Position numbers and translations under genes: made by a program
Shown: one piece after another, positions 8,414-17,558 of the stretch
How the letters are laid out: each line of letters begins with the position of its first letter
Position numbering within the stretch: position 1 is the stretch's first letter
IMG/VR virus record: IMGVR_UViG_3300025621_001011
Coordinates: 1 to 32,051 of that record
DNA from: a virus
Taxonomy: Duplodnaviria; Caudoviricetes
Length of the DNA stretch: 32,051 nt
Direction: 5' to 3' (one strand)
The notes under the pieces: model-generated
Told to the model about the DNA's origin: nothing
Databases searched by the model: none
Seen by the model: only the letters and a program-made list of their open reading frames with translations

Positions 8414-9643
8414 TTAAGAATAGATATAAATATCTTGTGATGAAGATACAAATATATTTCCTTTAGCCGTATATCTTGATACTACAGTTGATGTAGTATC
8501 ATTAGCATCGGCACCTATTACAACAGTTGACATAAAAGCATCTGGAGTAAATCCTGAACCACTTGCATGGAATGAACTTGTTACACCCCATCTTAATGAT
8601 GATAATCCATCATAAGCAAAGGCATCACCATAATCCTGATCTGTTTGTTGTATTACAATACCACCATCTCCAGCAGAAGTAGAACCAGAAGCTAATAATA
8701 TAAATCTATCTTTTATTAGTAAATTTTCTGAATTTTGGAATGATGCTGTACCTTGTACTGTTAAATCATGGCTAATTACAACATCACCGGTTACTGTTAA
8801 TAAACCACCTACTGTAGAACCACCATTACTTATAAAAGTTAAATTAGATTCTGCTTCAGCACTTGATCCATCAATATCAGTTAATACTCTATTATTACCA
8901 GAATTATTAACATTAATTACACCACTTGTTCCTGAAGAGCCACTTGAACCATCTGAACCTGAAGAACCTGATGTACCACTTGAACCTGAAGAGCCTGATG
9001 TACCTGAGGAACCGGACGAACCATCTGAACCTGAAGTTCCTGATGTTCCACTTGAACCAGAAGAACCAGAAGAACCATCTGAACCTGAAGTACCTGAAGA
9101 ACCACTTGAACCATCTGAACCTGAAGTTCCTGATGTTCCGCTTGATCCTGAACTTCCAACAGCACCATCTGCACCACTTGTTCCTGAAGTACCTGAAGAA
9201 CCACTTGAGCCTGATTCACCAGAAGTTCCTGATGAGCCACTTGATCCACCAGCACCGTCAGCACCACTTGTACCTGATGTACCTGAAGAACCTGAAGAAC
9301 CTCCTGCACCATCTGCACCACTTGTTCCTGATGTACCTGAAGAACCTGAAGAACCGTCAGAACCACTTGTTCCTGAAGAACCTGAAGAACCTCCTGCACC
9401 ATCTGCACCACTTGTTCCACTTGAGCCACTTGAGCCACTAGTTCCACTTGAACCTGAGGAACCATCTGAACCTGAAGTACCACTTGAGCCTGAACTTGAT
9501 GCATTTTCTCGTGTCCCAACTACCCCTGCAGGGCTGATTACCAATACTGTCTCTTCACTTCCTTGTACCGATAAATCTGATAAGGACAACTGCGCTAGTT
9601 CTGCGTTCGAGCCACTAACAATTACTTTTTTCCAATCTGCCAT
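8414..9643 (-). CDS. Short fibre-like virion protein (409 aa) with a GSS/GTS/GAD triplet tract, paralog of the 1636-aa fibre
   Basis: N-terminus MADWKKVIVSGSNAEL...VGTRENASSSG is nearly identical to that of the long fibre. Gly-X-Y tract at approx. 8925-9500. C-terminal LTVQGTASFQNSENLLIKDRFILL...GDGGIVI is typical of phage fibre/baseplate proteins. Confidence 0.8.
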   Translation of the reverse strand: MADWKKVIVSGSNAELAQLSLSDLSVQGSEETVLVISPAGVVGTRENASSSGSSGTSGSDGSSGSSGTSGSSGSSGTSGADGAGGSSGSSGTSGSDGSSGSSGTSGTSGADGAGGSSGSSGTSGTSGADGAGGSSGSSGTSGESGSSGSSGTSGTSGADGAVGSSGSSGTSGTSGSDGSSGSSGTSGSDGSSGSSGSSGTSGTSGSDGSSGSSGTSGSSGSSGTSGSSGSDGSSGSSGTSGVINVNNSGNNRVLTDIDGSSAEAESNLTFISNGGSTVGGLLTVTGDVVISHDLTVQGTASFQNSENLLIKDRFILLASGSTSAGDGGIVIQQTDQDYGDAFAYDGLSSLRWGVTSSFHASGSGFTPDAFMSTVVIGADANDTTSTVVSRYTAKGNIFVSSSQDIYIYS

Positions 9644-9663
9644 TTTATATTAATTAAATTTTA

Positions 9664-9673
9664 TTATACATAT
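9664..9673 (-). promoter_or_regulatory. ATATGTATAA variant late-promoter box
   Basis: One mismatch to consensus; intergenic, 20 nt upstream of ATG 9643. Confidence 0.5.
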
Positions 9674-9690
9674 TAAACTTTATTCTTAAG

Positions 9691-10068
9691 TTAATAACCT
9701 AAAAAGAATTCATTAGAAGAAAAAACAATTCCTCCTTCTACTGCTGTGGGTAATGAACTAAATTCTAATAATTGTAATACCCCACTATTTTTTATTTTTA
9801 TACCTTGATTACTAGAGTTTTTAATTAATAGTAAATCATTTGAAGTATTATCATTTATTTCAAATCTAGCACCATTTGAAGGACCACCTATTCCTAAGTT
9901 TACCCCATCAAATTGAAGGTTGGCGTTACCATCTATTTCTTGGTTACCCGTAGCAGTTAGAACATAATTATCAATATTATTATTAATGGTTATACCACTA
10001 CCTCCAGTATTTTGGGTATTATATGCTCCTACTTTTAAGGAATCGACAAATCTTATATTATTAGCCAT
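9691..10068 (-). CDS. Small virion structural protein sharing the NNxVLT..NLxFDG module with the fibres
   Basis: ITINNNIDNYVLTATGNQEIDGNANLQFDGVNLGIG; located in the structural cluster. Confidence 0.65.
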   Translation of the reverse strand: MANNIRFVDSLKVGAYNTQNTGGSGITINNNIDNYVLTATGNQEIDGNANLQFDGVNLGIGGPSNGARFEINDNTSNDLLLIKNSSNQGIKIKNSGVLQLLEFSSLPTAVEGGIVFSSNEFFLGY

Positions 10069-10072
10069 TAAT

Positions 10073-11056
10073 CTATTGTTTTAATTCTTTACCACTCTTC
10101 ACATCATAAATACCAGTAAGTCCTCCTTCATTTTCACTACTTTTTCTAGTTCTACCATCTCTTGTTTTAGTTACACCTTCTTTAAATATTTCAGAATTAG
10201 AAGTTGTTTCCATTGAAATAATAAATTTAGATTTAGAATTGTATTTAGAAATAGAATTCATATCTTTTTGTACTGTATCAGGAATAATGTATCCTCTTAA
10301 TCTTATATTAAATGTACCTTTTACTAATCTATCTTTTCCATTAGTTAAAGAAGTTTCAGTAGTAAAGGAATCAATAAAAGATCTAAATTTAAACCTTTCT
10401 GGATTACCCCAATAAGCATCAGAAGCATATTCACATGCTTCAATGATTTTATTTAATTGTTCCATATAGTAAGTTTGGATTAAACAACTATATTCTATAT
10501 TAACAAAGTCCGGGACAGCTACAGCATAAAATTGTTTTGCTGGGATTGCGTTATTAATAGCATCAAAATTATTGTAAAAGGTTTTAGGATTATAAGCACG
10601 TTGAAAACTACCATATAAATTAGGACTATTAGCATCCAGTTTATTATATACTGTTCTATCTTTAGTGATTGAATTTCTTTTAAGTACTATAATGGGTAAC
10701 ATAATAGCACCATTTTTATCCCTATAATAATTATCTTTTTGGAATGATTTCCACCTTTCAGGAGAACCATAAATAATAGGTACTTCTCTTCTTTCACCAT
10801 TTTGATAAACAAAAGGTTTTATCACATTTTGAAAATAATAAAATACAGCTTCATCTAAATCCTTTATTCCAATTGAAAAGGGTTTAGTTGTATCTCCTGT
10901 CCAAGATAGTTTTTCTGATCTATTAAAGGGAATACCTGTTTCACTTTCATTAGATGCAAGTGGGATATTGGGATTACCATATCTAGCTGAAGAAGGTCTT
11001 TGTTGATCTATGCTTAACTCTTTTTGAGTTTTTGGTATTGGTTTTCTTATAGCCAT
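10073..11056 (-). CDS. Tail completion / sheath stabiliser protein, T4 gp15-like
   Basis: EVPIIYGSPERW...MLPIIVLKRNSITKD motif, and position after the gp13/gp14-like genes. Confidence 0.6.
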   Translation of the reverse strand: MAIRKPIPKTQKELSIDQQRPSSARYGNPNIPLASNESETGIPFNRSEKLSWTGDTTKPFSIGIKDLDEAVFYYFQNVIKPFVYQNGERREVPIIYGSPERWKSFQKDNYYRDKNGAIMLPIIVLKRNSITKDRTVYNKLDANSPNLYGSFQRAYNPKTFYNNFDAINNAIPAKQFYAVAVPDFVNIEYSCLIQTYYMEQLNKIIEACEYASDAYWGNPERFKFRSFIDSFTTETSLTNGKDRLVKGTFNIRLRGYIIPDTVQKDMNSISKYNSKSKFIISMETTSNSEIFKEGVTKTRDGRTRKSSENEGGLTGIYDVKSGKELKQ

Positions 11057-11586
11057 TAAAATCTTTCTTTATATGGTGAAATAGCAACTTTATCTGCTGG
11101 TATATAATATGTTGATACTAATACTGATACACTTTCTCCAAATTTATCTAAACCTGGATTTAATGGGTTTGGTTCCCCATCTGAATCATTATTTGGGTAT
11201 GCAGGGTTTTTTCCACCCCAATATTGGTTTCCTACTGTGCCTTGTACCCCGTAATATCCTTCTTGGTATAAGATAATATCACCTACTTCAGGTACAACAT
11301 TAGCTACTTTTAAATCATCTCTAAGGAAATAAAAATCAATAGCTTGATTAAATTGTATTCCTTCTTCATCTTCTCCATATTGTTGATCTGATCTATTTAT
11401 TAAAACATTAAATAAAAAAGGACCATTATAAAACTTTTCACCAGCAGCTTCACCATATATATTAACTTTAGTTTCTTCTAGTTTAAATTGATATATAGCA
11501 CATTGTTGGGTAATAATATTACCCATTAACTCTCTATTTAAATGTCTCAGAAGAGATACATCTCTGAGTCCTGTATACATTGCCAT
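11056..11586 (-). CDS. Neck / head-closure protein, T4 gp14-like
   Basis: NIYGEAAGEKF and VPEVGDIILY motifs; synteny with the gp13-like and gp15-like genes. Confidence 0.6.
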   Translation of the reverse strand: MAMYTGLRDVSLLRHLNRELMGNIITQQCAIYQFKLEETKVNIYGEAAGEKFYNGPFLFNVLINRSDQQYGEDEEGIQFNQAIDFYFLRDDLKVANVVPEVGDIILYQEGYYGVQGTVGNQYWGGKNPAYPNNDSDGEPNPLNPGLDKFGESVSVLVSTYYIPADKVAISPYKERF

Positions 11587-11589
11587 ATG

Positions 11590-12780
11590 CTATCCTATAT
11601 AAATAAAATTTGGAACACCTTCTAATTCTCTATCTCTACTTTCTTTTTCATTTGCTCTTCTTTCTAATAAAGAGGCTCGTGAAGTTTCATCAAAATATGC
11701 TCTTAATCTTTCTAATAATGCTGTTTTTTCAGCAGTTGCTGCAGCTAATAAATCAGCTTGATTTAAAGTCATATTAGCATTAGGTATAGGGATTGTAGAA
11801 TATTTTCCTCTTACATACCCTAAAATTTCTTTTACTAATGCTAAAGTATACTCAAAAATCCATTGTCTACCAATTGAATTAATTAAGGTATAATCAGGAT
11901 TAGTATAGGGCATATTAGAGGCATTTGTTACCTGCCCACATGCTGGGTCTACACTTCCGCTAGTTCTATCATTTACTTTAATATATTCAAACCACATATT
12001 TCCTACACATGAACCACTAATCATTTCATCATCATTAGTATGAGTAAAGGGTCCAGGGATTGGAAATACTCTTAAAATATTATTGTGCATTTCAAAGCTA
12101 TAATTAGATCTTCTGACCATATCATTCATTTCAATAGCTTGAATAACTTGCATATCATAATTAAGGGGCATCATTAAATAACCCATTCCACCTCCAAAAC
12201 CACCAAGTCCAGTTACTCCAGCAGCTGCTGCTCCTCCAAATCCAAAACCATCAAAAGGTGCTAGATATCTAGCTGATGCAGGGGTTGGTTCTTGATAAAA
12301 TACTCTTTTTATTTCTATACTACCTGTTATATTTTTTTCTTTTGCCCATGCTTTTAAATCATAATCTTGAACACTGGATGTTAAGGGTATACTACCTTTA
12401 TACCAAGGCACATTACCACCAGTACCTGCTTCTGCTCCATACTGCTCTGACATTCTAATTACTGCTCCTAAATTAGGAGTAATAATACTTTCATTTAAAA
12501 ATATAAAATCATCTATAGCAAACCCTTCTAAAGTTAACATATTATCCCTAACAAGGTAAGCATATAATTCATTTCCATATACGGTAATTGCTTCTTCAAA
12601 TGCTGTAAAGAAGGAACTAGATTGTAATTCTATATCAACTAAAGGATAACCTAATCTGGTAGCACAAAATTCTGCTACTTTTACACAATCAGTTTGAAAA
12701 TCTATACTATTATTGTAAAAGCCAAAAGGTACTGAATTTGGGTTCCAAATTGGGTCACCATTATATATAGGTACATTCAT
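11590..12780 (-). CDS. Neck / head-tail adaptor protein, T4 gp13-like
   Basis: RLGYPLVDIEL...AFEEAI, and WIFEYTLALVKEILGYVRGKYSTIPIP..TLN, resemble the gp13 N- and C-terminal motifs. Confidence 0.7.
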   Translation of the reverse strand: MNVPIYNGDPIWNPNSVPFGFYNNSIDFQTDCVKVAEFCATRLGYPLVDIELQSSSFFTAFEEAITVYGNELYAYLVRDNMLTLEGFAIDDFIFLNESIITPNLGAVIRMSEQYGAEAGTGGNVPWYKGSIPLTSSVQDYDLKAWAKEKNITGSIEIKRVFYQEPTPASARYLAPFDGFGFGGAAAAGVTGLGGFGGGMGYLMMPLNYDMQVIQAIEMNDMVRRSNYSFEMHNNILRVFPIPGPFTHTNDDEMISGSCVGNMWFEYIKVNDRTSGSVDPACGQVTNASNMPYTNPDYTLINSIGRQWIFEYTLALVKEILGYVRGKYSTIPIPNANMTLNQADLLAAATAEKTALLERLRAYFDETSRASLLERRANEKESRDRELEGVPNFIYIG

Positions 12781-12796
12781 AATCTAATTAGTTTTA

Positions 12797-12806
12797 TTAT
12801 AAATAT
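12797..12806 (-). promoter_or_regulatory. ATATTTATAA putative late-promoter box
   Basis: Exact copy, immediately after a terminator and 16 nt upstream of ATG 12780. Confidence 0.65.
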
Positions 12807-12807
12807 G

Positions 12808-12834
12808 AAAAAAGAGGACTCAAATTGAGTCCTC
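12808..12834 (-). terminator. Rho-independent terminator
   Basis: GAGGACTCA-ATT-TGAGTCCTC stem followed by TTTTTT on the minus strand. Confidence 0.8.
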
Positions 12835-12875
12835 CGGAATTTTATTTTAAATTAAGTGTAATTTTTAAGTACTAA

Positions 12876-13112
12876 TTATATTGATACTTTTAAAGTCCCA
12901 GCATCATTCCAAAGTTGACCTACTACTGAGGGGTCTGATGTTGGTAATGCTGCTAATGAAACTACTGATCCTTCAACTGTTAAATTAGTTGATACTGTAA
13001 GAGACCCAGTAATTGCGTGTGATCCAGTAAAATGTCTAAAGTTGTTATCTAATTCATTAATTGTTAATGCTGAATCTTTACCGTCTGATCCTGTTCTGTA
13101 TGTTAATGCCAT
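12876..13112 (-). CDS. Small virion structural / decoration protein
   Basis: KDSALTINELDNNF and LPTSDPSVVGQLWNDAGTLKVS motifs, recurrent in phage fibre-type proteins. It has its own promoter box and terminator. Confidence 0.7.
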   Translation of the reverse strand: MALTYRTGSDGKDSALTINELDNNFRHFTGSHAITGSLTVSTNLTVEGSVVSLAALPTSDPSVVGQLWNDAGTLKVSI

Positions 13113-13133
13113 TTTTTATTAAATTTAATTTTG

Positions 13134-13143
13134 TTATAAATAT
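13134..13143 (-). promoter_or_regulatory. ATATTTATAA putative late-promoter box
   Basis: Exact copy upstream of ATG 13112. Confidence 0.6.
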
Positions 13144-13685
13144 TATGAAGATGCTACAAAATACTCTATCTGAACACTTGCTGTATCTGCTTTTGCTTTA
13201 ATCGATGATAAAGTAGCAAATGAAGAAAAATATTGAATATCAACATATCCTTCTACTACATAATCATAATAATCAGTTCCTTGAAATTGGGCATTTGAAA
13301 ACACCATTGATTTTCCGGCATCTAATTTAAATAAAGATTCATCTCCTGATCCTACATTACCAGTATTAGGGTTTTGTGCTTCTGGGCTATCTTGGATTAA
13401 ATATAAGGATACAAAATTAGTTGAACATAAATTTGTAAATCTCATATATTTAACTGTATCTCTTACAAAGGAACCTGCTGTTTGTTGTTCTTCAGAATCT
13501 ACAAACCTTAAAATTTCAATTCCACTTCCACTAAAGGTAGGAGCTATAGTATCAGTTCTTTTCATTATCTGATTAACATCCTTAATAACCTCGGTATTGA
13601 TAGATTGCTCCATATTACCATTAGGTAATCTTATTTCTTCTCTGATTGTTACTGATAATGAACCAGTAGGGTTACATATTGCCAT
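13143..13685 (-). CDS. Hypothetical protein, probably structural
   Basis: 180-aa beta-rich ORF in the structural cluster, preceded by a promoter box. Confidence 0.7.
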   Translation of the reverse strand: MAICNPTGSLSVTIREEIRLPNGNMEQSINTEVIKDVNQIMKRTDTIAPTFSGSGIEILRFVDSEEQQTAGSFVRDTVKYMRFTNLCSTNFVSLYLIQDSPEAQNPNTGNVGSGDESLFKLDAGKSMVFSNAQFQGTDYYDYVVEGYVDIQYFSSFATLSSIKAKADTASVQIEYFVASS

Positions 13686-13697
13686 TAGATAATTTTA

Positions 13698-13707
13698 TTA
13701 TAAATAT
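13698..13707 (-). promoter_or_regulatory. ATATTTATAA putative late-promoter box
   Basis: Exact copy 12 nt upstream of ATG 13685. Confidence 0.6.
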
Positions 13708-13711
13708 GGTA

Positions 13712-14449
13712 CTAATTTTTATTATTATAATTGTATGAACCAGAAGTAGTAATACTTACACCTTTGTCAATAGCTTCTTTATAATAGTCTAATAAATCTT
13801 CTACAATTTCATTTCTATGATTAGTATTTAAAGTAATAGCTTCTAGATTTTTAATCCTTCTAGCAGCTGAGTAGAGAAACTTAAAACCAGAATCCGATTT
13901 CTTTTTTAAATCTGTCTGATGGGCATCACCACATATCATCATTTTACTTCTTAAACCTATTCTAGATGTAATCATTTCCATTTGTTCATGAGTAACATTT
14001 TGTGCTTCATCTACTATTATCATAGCATCTAAAAATGTTCTACCTCTCATAAATGATACTGGTACTATTTCTATTTTACCATCTTCAATAAGTTTTTCTA
14101 TTTTAACTTTATCATACAATTGAAAGAAATTTTGGTAAATAGGTTGTACCCAGGGATCCATTTTTTCTCTTAAATCACCAGGTAAAAAACCTATTTCTTC
14201 TTTTGATACCGTAGGTCTGGTGATTATAATTTTGTCGTATTGTCTACGTAATAGTCCATCTAATGCAACATTACATGCAAGTAATGTTTTTCCACTACCT
14301 GCACCCCCTCCAAGGAGAGTAATTGTATTTTCCAGGATGTGTTTTTTAGCGTCTTTTTGTTCTTCATTAAGTTGGAGTTTGAACTTAATTGGGTTTTTAG
14401 GAATTCTTTTAGACCGAAATACTTCGTCTGTATGGTGTTTACTTGCCAT
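13712..14449 (-). CDS. phoH: PhoH-family ATPase
   Basis: GGAGSGKTLLA, IIITRP, IGFLPGDLREKMDPW, FMRGRTF, IVDEAQN, SRIG, ICGDAHQTDL and NHRN. Confidence 0.95.
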   Translation of the reverse strand: MASKHHTDEVFRSKRIPKNPIKFKLQLNEEQKDAKKHILENTITLLGGGAGSGKTLLACNVALDGLLRRQYDKIIITRPTVSKEEIGFLPGDLREKMDPWVQPIYQNFFQLYDKVKIEKLIEDGKIEIVPVSFMRGRTFLDAMIIVDEAQNVTHEQMEMITSRIGLRSKMMICGDAHQTDLKKKSDSGFKFLYSAARRIKNLEAITLNTNHRNEIVEDLLDYYKEAIDKGVSITTSGSYNYNNKN

Positions 14450-14572
14450 AAATTCTTTAAATTAGGGATTGTGTTATCAGTGAATACAACTGTTGTAAAT
14501 ACGTTAAGAAACAGTAAATTATTGATATAATTATATAATAAGATAAATATAGTTTGTGTATAACGCATTTTG

Positions 14573-14582
14573 TTATAAATAT
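14573..14582 (-). promoter_or_regulatory. ATATTTATAA putative late-promoter box
   Basis: Exact copy directly after the capsid-gene terminator, upstream of phoH. Confidence 0.6.
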
Positions 14583-14616
14583 AAAAAAGAAAAAAAAACC
14601 CGGCCTAAGCCGGGTT
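14583..14616 (-). terminator. Rho-independent terminator after the major capsid gene
   Basis: AACCCGGC-TTAG-GCCGGGTT stem followed by a long T tract on the minus strand. Confidence 0.88.
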
Positions 14617-14645
14617 AATTTTATTAAGATTTAATTAATCTTCTA

Positions 14646-16337
14646 CTATAGAAGGTCTAAACCTGATACATTGATTTTTCCATAAAATTCTGGACGAACC
14701 ATTTTCTTAGCATATCTAGTTAATAGACCTTTTCTTGGTACGAACGTATCTGGATCGTATACAAGTGGAGTCATGATTAACGGAATGTAAGGAGCAAATA
14801 CAGCACCACTTTCTAGGAACTGAGTACCACGGTATCCTAATAGGATTGTGTTAGCAGTCATGTAAGGGTTTTTGTATACTTTTTGGCGGCTATTTAAAGC
14901 ACCAACTTTTTGTACACCAAATGCATAGCTCATTTTAGCAGCATCACCATCTGTATCAGCAGCAAATCCTGGAATTGATTCCAAAATTGTTGCTACTTGT
15001 GGAGAAACAACCATAAAGTTAGCACCACCACGTAGAGTTTTCTGGTGAATGATGTTACTTAATTTCTGAATTTTAGTTCCTAATGTTTGGAACCATTGTC
15101 CTTGAGAATTGTAAAATCCAAGATTAGTATCTGTGATACCAGCACCTGTTCCTGAAAGTTGTTGGTTATTTTTAACCGACCATGTTTCAGTTCCTGCAGC
15201 AGCAGAATCAATTAACATACTTAAGATCTCTAAGTCAATTTCTAATGAAATGTACTCACTTAAGATTGAAGTTAATTCAGCTTCAGCATCTAGTGCATGA
15301 TATGCATTTAAATCTTGTGCAAATTCTGGTGTCCATACAGCTTTCAGTTTTCTAGTTTTAGCAACAATTGCAGATGATTGCATCTGGATGTTGATTTCTG
15401 GAATTACTTGGTCTGGGCAACAGTTAGCTCCTGATTCATCGTTAAATGCATTTGGATGTGGGTTACCTGCTTCAAAATCACCTCTGTTATTATCAGTTGG
15501 TTGAATTTGGTAGTTTACATTTACATCATTAACTGTAATAGCAGTATCTAAAGCATAGAAATATACTTTTCCAGCTGCTGCATCGTATTCTGTAAATTCA
15601 GATACTTGTACACCAGCTACAGATCCATCAGATCCTGTTGGTACAACACCAGTTAAAGATCCAGTAAATAATTGGAATCCTTTAACAGCTTCGAAATCAG
15701 CAAATCCTAGGTCACTAGCATCAACAGCAACTCTTTGGTAATCACCAGCTGCAACAGATGCAGAATAATCACTGTTAAAGTTAAATTGATCCCAAGAAGC
15801 ATTTGTTCTTGCAGAAGTTAATGCTAAAGACTGAGTATTTTGGATAGAATATCCAAAACGACCTGATCCATAAAGACCACCTGTGTTAGTGTTACCGAAA
15901 GGTTCATTACCACCTTTGTCACCATATAATGACCCACCAGCAGTAAATGGAGATTTGTTAGATCCATATTGGAAATCTAAGAAAAATACAAGTCCTGAAG
16001 GTAAATTCATTGGTTGTACTGATACAAATTCTTGTGCAGCAATTTGTCCGAATACTTTACGTACTAATGGTAAAGCAACTCCAGCCCACTGTCCACCAAC
16101 GTTTACGCTAGTTTGAGATGAAAAAGTACCACCTGTTCCTACACCACCACTAGTTTGTGATGATTCTACTACAAGTTGTTTAGCTTGGTTTTCAAGAATA
16201 AGACCCATATTGTTTTTGTGGGCACCATTCAAACCTTCTAATAAACCTGTCTTTTCCCATTTGCTAGCTAATCTAGCCGCGTCAGACTGTAAAGACTGAT
16301 ATGGGTTCGCGCTTTCTAATAGAGTATTTAAGCTCAT
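14646..16337 (-). CDS. gp23: Major capsid protein, T4 gp23-like
   Basis: LVRKVF..IAAQEFVSVQPMNLPSGLVF, AKTRKLKAVWTPEFAQDLNAYHALDAEAELTSILSEYISLEIDLEI, and GAVFAPYIPL...DPDTFVPRKGLLTRYA. Confidence 0.96.
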   Translation of the reverse strand: MSLNTLLESANPYQSLQSDAARLASKWEKTGLLEGLNGAHKNNMGLILENQAKQLVVESSQTSGGVGTGGTFSSQTSVNVGGQWAGVALPLVRKVFGQIAAQEFVSVQPMNLPSGLVFFLDFQYGSNKSPFTAGGSLYGDKGGNEPFGNTNTGGLYGSGRFGYSIQNTQSLALTSARTNASWDQFNFNSDYSASVAAGDYQRVAVDASDLGFADFEAVKGFQLFTGSLTGVVPTGSDGSVAGVQVSEFTEYDAAAGKVYFYALDTAITVNDVNVNYQIQPTDNNRGDFEAGNPHPNAFNDESGANCCPDQVIPEINIQMQSSAIVAKTRKLKAVWTPEFAQDLNAYHALDAEAELTSILSEYISLEIDLEILSMLIDSAAAGTETWSVKNNQQLSGTGAGITDTNLGFYNSQGQWFQTLGTKIQKLSNIIHQKTLRGGANFMVVSPQVATILESIPGFAADTDGDAAKMSYAFGVQKVGALNSRQKVYKNPYMTANTILLGYRGTQFLESGAVFAPYIPLIMTPLVYDPDTFVPRKGLLTRYAKKMVRPEFYGKINVSGLDLL

Positions 16338-16369
16338 TTTTTTAGTTTTTTAAGGGTTATTTTAATAAT

Positions 16370-17461
16370 TTAAATTAATCCAGCAAGTTTACGCATACGA
16401 TTGTATACATCATTGCTTTCAATAATCGGTTTTTTAGCTTCAGTTATTGTTCCAGTTGCTTTAGATGCAGCACCTTTTGGTCTTACAATAGCTTCTGTTT
16501 TTGATACTAAACCTTCGTTTAATGTTTCAAAAATAACTTTAGCTTCTTTTACTGTTGACGCTTTGTCAAATGCTTTAAGCACTTTAACTTTTTTGTCTTC
16601 AGATAAGTTTTTAGATTTAAAAACTTTGTTTGTGTAGAGTAATTTAGCGTTAAGCAAATTAACTTCGTTTAATTCAACTTTAAGAGCTTCGATTTCATCT
16701 AATGCTTCTTTAAATCTCATTTTTTCAGTTTCTTTCTCGATTTTAGTGTCATCTTTGTCACCATCTTCGTTTCCAGCACCTTTTTCTCCGTCAACTGCTT
16801 CATCAATTTCTACATCAACATCAACGTCTTCAACGTCTTCAACGTCTTCAACGTCTTCAACATCTACAATGTCTTCTTCATCTTCCATTGCTTCCTCACC
16901 TGCTTCAATTGTTCCGTCTGCTACTAAATCTTTAATAACATCCTCAATGAATCCTTTTAAGTCATCTTCTGACATATCTTCAAGGTCAATTTCCTTGTCG
17001 TCTTTGTCTTCCATGTCTTCTTTTTCGTCTTTTTCGCCATCTAAATAGCCTTCTTCCTCAGCATCCGTACGTTCGTCCTCTTTCAAGTCCTCTTTTTCGT
17101 CCTTCATACCGTCTTTGTAGCCTTCTTCTTCAGCGTCTGTTCGAGCGTCTTCATCCAATTCAAGTTCAGCAAGTAACTCGTCAAGGTTAATTTCATCAAG
17201 CTCTTCTTTAGCTTCATCCATATCTTCTTTCTTTTCTTCTACTGTATCTTCAGAAACTTCTTCTTTAACGTCGTCTTCTTCATACTTATCGTATCCTTCG
17301 TCAACGTCTTCGTTGTCCATTTCTTCTAATTTTGCAGAAAGCATAGATTTCAAATGTGGTGTGAATGCTTCTTCAAGAGCAAGTTTTGCGTTTGCAATAG
17401 CAGTTTCTTTAACAGCTTTAGCATCAGCGATTGCTTCTTTTAACAAATCATTGTTTGCCAT
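16370..17461 (-). CDS. Prohead scaffold / core protein (gp22-like position)
   Basis: Highly acidic, coiled-coil protein between the protease and the capsid gene; ends in RMRKLAGLI. Confidence 0.75.
   Translation of the reverse strand: MANNDLLKEAIADAKAVKETAIANAKLALEEAFTPHLKSMLSAKLEEMDNEDVDEGYDKYEEDDVKEEVSEDTVEEKKEDMDEAKEELDEINLDELLAELELDEDARTDAEEEGYKDGMKDEKEDLKEDERTDAEEEGYLDGEKDEKEDMEDKDDKEIDLEDMSEDDLKGFIEDVIKDLVADGTIEAGEEAMEDEEDIVDVEDVEDVEDVEDVDVDVEIDEAVDGEKGAGNEDGDKDDTKIEKETEKMRFKEALDEIEALKVELNEVNLLNAKLLYTNKVFKSKNLSEDKKVKVLKAFDKASTVKEAKVIFETLNEGLVSKTEAIVRPKGAASKATGTITEAKKPIIESNDVYNRMRKLAGLI
16821..16865. repeat. 9-bp tandem repeat (tcaacgtct)x4 plus one variant, encoding (DVE)n in the scaffold
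   Basis: Read directly from the sequence. Confidence 0.9.
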
Positions 17462-17558
17462 AATCTCAAAATTTTTTTTGTGAAATACGATTATTAAGAA
17501 TCGTAATAGGGAATAATATATATCGGTGCCATATCTAAGTATTCATGACACATTGCGG

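Noticed and set aside
4114-9519. Long plus-strand and alternate-frame ORFs (PEEPEVP.., QVVQVHQ.., LNHLNL..) over the fibre genes
   Set aside because: Shadows of the stop-poor 9-bp Gly-Ser repeats; they are largely confined to the repeat tracts.
14260-14568. 102-aa minus-strand ORF starting just after the promoter box
   Set aside because: It overlaps phoH by 190 nt out of frame and has no recognisable motif. It is more likely the phoH leader, though a uORF role cannot be excluded.
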